A DNA stretch of 64,000 bases from Gnetum montanum. Lineage: Eukaryota > Plantae > Gnetophyta. The stretch is from positions 376,638-440,637 of the forward strand of contig MNCI01002038.1 in the NCBI GenBank assembly GCA_015680685.1, in the 5' to 3' direction. The notes beneath the pieces are model-generated. The model was given only the letters and a program-made list of their open reading frames with translations. It was not told the DNA's origin and did no database searches. The stretch's first letter is position 1; each line of letters starts with the position of its first letter. The position numbers were made by a program, and so were the translations under genes. Of this stretch, positions 60,878 to 64,000 are shown one piece after another.

Positions 60878-62535
60878 TATAGTGACCAAAAACATTAGGG
60901 GCTGAAACGGAACATTGAGAGGTCCACGGTTGCATAGTTTTGACCCTGCTTCTGCATGAGGGCCTACTGGGAATGGAGGTGGGGTTCTTGGGATGGTCTT
61001 TTCAATCAAACTAGGACTTACGAGTGTTAAAATGGAATGAGTGTTAAGGTGTTGATATGATGTTTCACACTATCCATGGATGTGAGCATAATAGGTGTTT
61101 TGGGCACGAAAATGAGGGTGCAAACATGCGAAAACTTGCTTAAATGGTGAAAAATTGTAAAGAAAATGCTAAAATGCTAGAGAAAATGTAAAAAATGTGT
61201 AGAATGTGAGCAAGAGAGAGAATGGCACCATCCCAAATGAGGGGGGAGTGTAGTCAATTGCAAAGAAAAGGATTAGGAGGTACACAATGTATAACAGGTG
61301 TAGTAGGTGAGCATAGTCACAGTCTCAGGATGTTTGGCTATGAAAAACTAATGTTGCAATGGAGTCTAAGCCTACGAGGTTGGTTACTGCAATGTCCTAT
61401 GTGTTGTGATGGTGTACGGTGTGCTAGGTAGTATACAACAATGTCGAGGTGTCCCAAGGTTTGCCAATATGCTAAGTGTGCTTAGGTGCTAGGGTGTTGA
61501 GAAAGCGAGTTTTCTAGTCGAATTTTTGAAAATGTCAACTCCTAAAATGTGAAGCACAGGGTATTTATAGGCTTAGGGTTTGCATAAACTATAGATTGGA
61601 TGCCATGTGGCAGAGGGGTAGTTGGAACTACGCTAGCCCCAACTATGCTCCTAAGCAAATGGTGTTCTTCTGGTGTGCTCCAATGGACCCCATGAAACTA
61701 CTAGACTATGACTACGCTGTTGAGATTGCATGTGTGAGTGCTAGGAAAAGTACCTAAAAATAGTGCAAAATAGTGCAATTTGGAGACTATGCTCTGGGAC
61801 TACACTACCCACTCTCTCAAATAGTTTAGAGTGTAGGTACAATTTAGGGGCAAATAGGGGGTGCAAATGAAATGCAAATTGTTGTTCTTGCTTGCTGAAG
61901 GAATGTTGGAGCTGAAATGTAGGCTAGTGCTAAGTTCTGAAAGCTTTTGAAGGTAGTTTTGGTAGACTATGCTGACTACACTCTAGAGCATAGCCCCAAG
62001 AGTTAGGCAAATCTTGCCAGAAAATGATGCTCTTTGCAAGCTATGCTAGCTATGCTCTAGAGAATAGTCCTAGAGGTGTGAGCATAGCCTTGACACTTGG
62101 AAAAGTCTGGCAAAGATGATGTGCCCATGTAGACTATGCTAACTATGCTCTAGAGTGTAGTAGGGAGTGTAGGCTCAGGAGTTAGAAAATTTGCCAAACT
62201 ATTTTTTCCATCCCATACAAGCTCAACAACCTCTAAGCTAACACTTAGGCAAATTTGCAAAACTAGTTCCAAGGCTAACTATGCTGACTACACTCTAGAG
62301 TGTAGTCCCAACAATGTGAGCGTAGCTAGGACACTTAGAAAAACTTGCAACTATTGTTGACACTTTGAAAAATTTTGTAGATATGGATTATTAGTGTCAA
62401 CTATGCTAACTATGCTCTAGAGCATAGTCCCAGCAATGGGAGCATATTCTCAACACTTAGACAAAATTTGCCAAGCTTTGACACTTAGAAAAATTTATAG
62501 TTAAGACCTAGGAACCCAAATTTGGTGGTGTTTCA
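60878..62535 (-). repeat. 5' LTR of Tat copy 3
   Basis: Repeat of 51914-53561; adjacent PBS; GACTACGCTCTAGAGCGTAGTC-type palindrome array. Confidence 0.9.
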
Positions 62536-63167
62536 ACCTGTAATACATAAGTTACAAGATTTAACCAATAGGTAAATGGCTTGCCAATGAAATAACAAGC
62601 TCAATAGATAAATTATACAATGGGAAGCACGAATGAATTTTTATACCCAAAAAAAAATATTAATCATGAACATCACATACTGAACACTTGCTTAACACTA
62701 GGTAGACAATATCAAAAAAATACAAAAAGAAAAAACTTTCCAATTTAGGATAGTCTACTTAGATGTATAAAATTACAATTAATACTTTTAAAAAATATAT
62801 GAATAAAATTAATTATTAGTAGGAAGGAAGATCCTAGTCCTAATAGCATTTACATCACTTTTCAATATCCATGTTTGAACTTCGAATAGGAAAAGGATTC
62901 ATGATATTGAGTTGTGACTTAATACTAATATTTGTATCAAAGTAAAATAAAATGGTAGCACATCTTCTAGAAGATCTTCACCTCATTACCTACTATTAAT
63001 CTTACATTGAGAATCTTTACCATCAGCTATAATCTTCTTATCAACACTAGTTGTAATGTTTGAGTTAATAGTATTTTTATTAGACAAGAAAAAATTTACC
63101 TTATAAGCTATATGTCTAGGTTACTCAATACTTTCTTTACTACTGATAGAAATACATAGAAGAGCTT

Positions 63168-64000
63168 TGATGAGTGACGAGGTAGCCCTACACTCAACCA
63201 TACAAATACGAGTGTTTCACGCACGATCTGGTCAAATTCCAAGGACTAAGTGCTTATGCGCCTTCGTGGAACAATAACTGGTTGATTAATCATTATCTTC
63301 CCAAACTTACTTGTATGTCATAGTTGTATGGTTAAGTAAGCTTGAGGCATATGATTTTTATGGCTTTTATGTGTTTTATATCCTACACTAATAAGGAAGG
63401 GAGAGAGAAATAACTAAGTAACTAACCTAATTTAACTATTCATTAACTAAGTTCTAAGTACTTCTAACACCAGTATCCATTCCCACTTTCCGTACACCTC
63501 TTGAACTAGTGCAATGCTGCTGGGATTACCAAACGCTAATCATTACTAGGTTACCAAGCGCTACATGCATGCTTGAAGCGGTCGTACTGAGTGTATTTAA
63601 CTAAGAGAGTTGTAAGGTGAGAGAGATCATTAATTAACTAGGAAAGCATTAAATAACAATTAACACTAATTAATCTATTCTGTATGCTGCAAGGTTTATC
63701 ATAAATTTTGTCTTTATTGCCTTACACAAAGTGTGCTCAGGTACACAATGCTCGAATAAAGATCTGTTCACTCTATGACTCCTACTATGGGCACGCAAAA
63801 ATAATTCTAACTCTAGAGGGAAAAAATGGCAAGAGTTTGGCTAAGGGACTAACTTCTAACTATTGGAAACCAAGGGCATCACCTCTTATTTATAAGCAAG
63901 AAGGCAGGCCGCGATATCGCATACGCGATATCACGGTTCATCATACCCCCATGACTAAATGAAAACTCATCCTCGAGTCCCTTACAAAATATTGGGAAGG
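63168..64000 (-). mobile_element. Athila-like element 3' LTR (63168-63943), PPT and start of internal region; continues off the right edge
   Basis: TGATGA..TCATCA termini; adjacent PPT GGGGGTA; reverse-complement match to 8330-9243. Confidence 0.85.

Larger units (their letters stand above)
51914..62535 (-). mobile_element. Tat/Ogre-like element, copy 3, non-autonomous (gag + protease, no RT/RH/INT), TSD ACTTG/ACCTG
   Basis: LTR pair 51914-53561 and 60878-62535; PBS TAGCACTAGAAGGAGGA at 60855-60871; PPT AAAGAGGAACCAA; 5-bp TSD with one mismatch. Confidence 0.9.

Overview
Eukaryotic, almost certainly land-plant, genomic DNA dominated by decayed and nested retrotransposons. One intact host gene is present: a two-exon Rab11/RabA GTPase (minus strand, 34115-35955). 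Bases 1-33.7 kb form one LTR nest built on a Ty1/Copia element. A pol-less Athila-type element (11808-32819, TSD GTAAT) splits the Copia RT and is itself split by a Tat/Ogre-type element (15477-27884, TSD CTATT). To the left, a Tat LTR, an Athila 3' end and another Tat element are stacked inside one another. Right of the Rab gene lie an old RTE-like LINE, an L1 LINE, a subtilase exon fragment, clustered tRNA-derived SINE heads, a third pol-less Tat element (51914-62535) and an Athila 3' LTR. The most unusual signal is shared by all three Tat elements. Directly after the protease each carries the same ~21-bp GGCC-N6-GGCC repeat array, then the remains of an antisense, intron-containing gene with no recognisable homology, which differs between copies. 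In the middle element this cassette sits inside a predicted 2.5-kb protease-RT intron. The Tat LTRs also carry dense family-specific arrays built on a common AGCGTA core. All calls come from reading the sequence and ORF track by eye. No database search was possible, so lineage names rest on recalled motifs and the functional interpretations are hypotheses.
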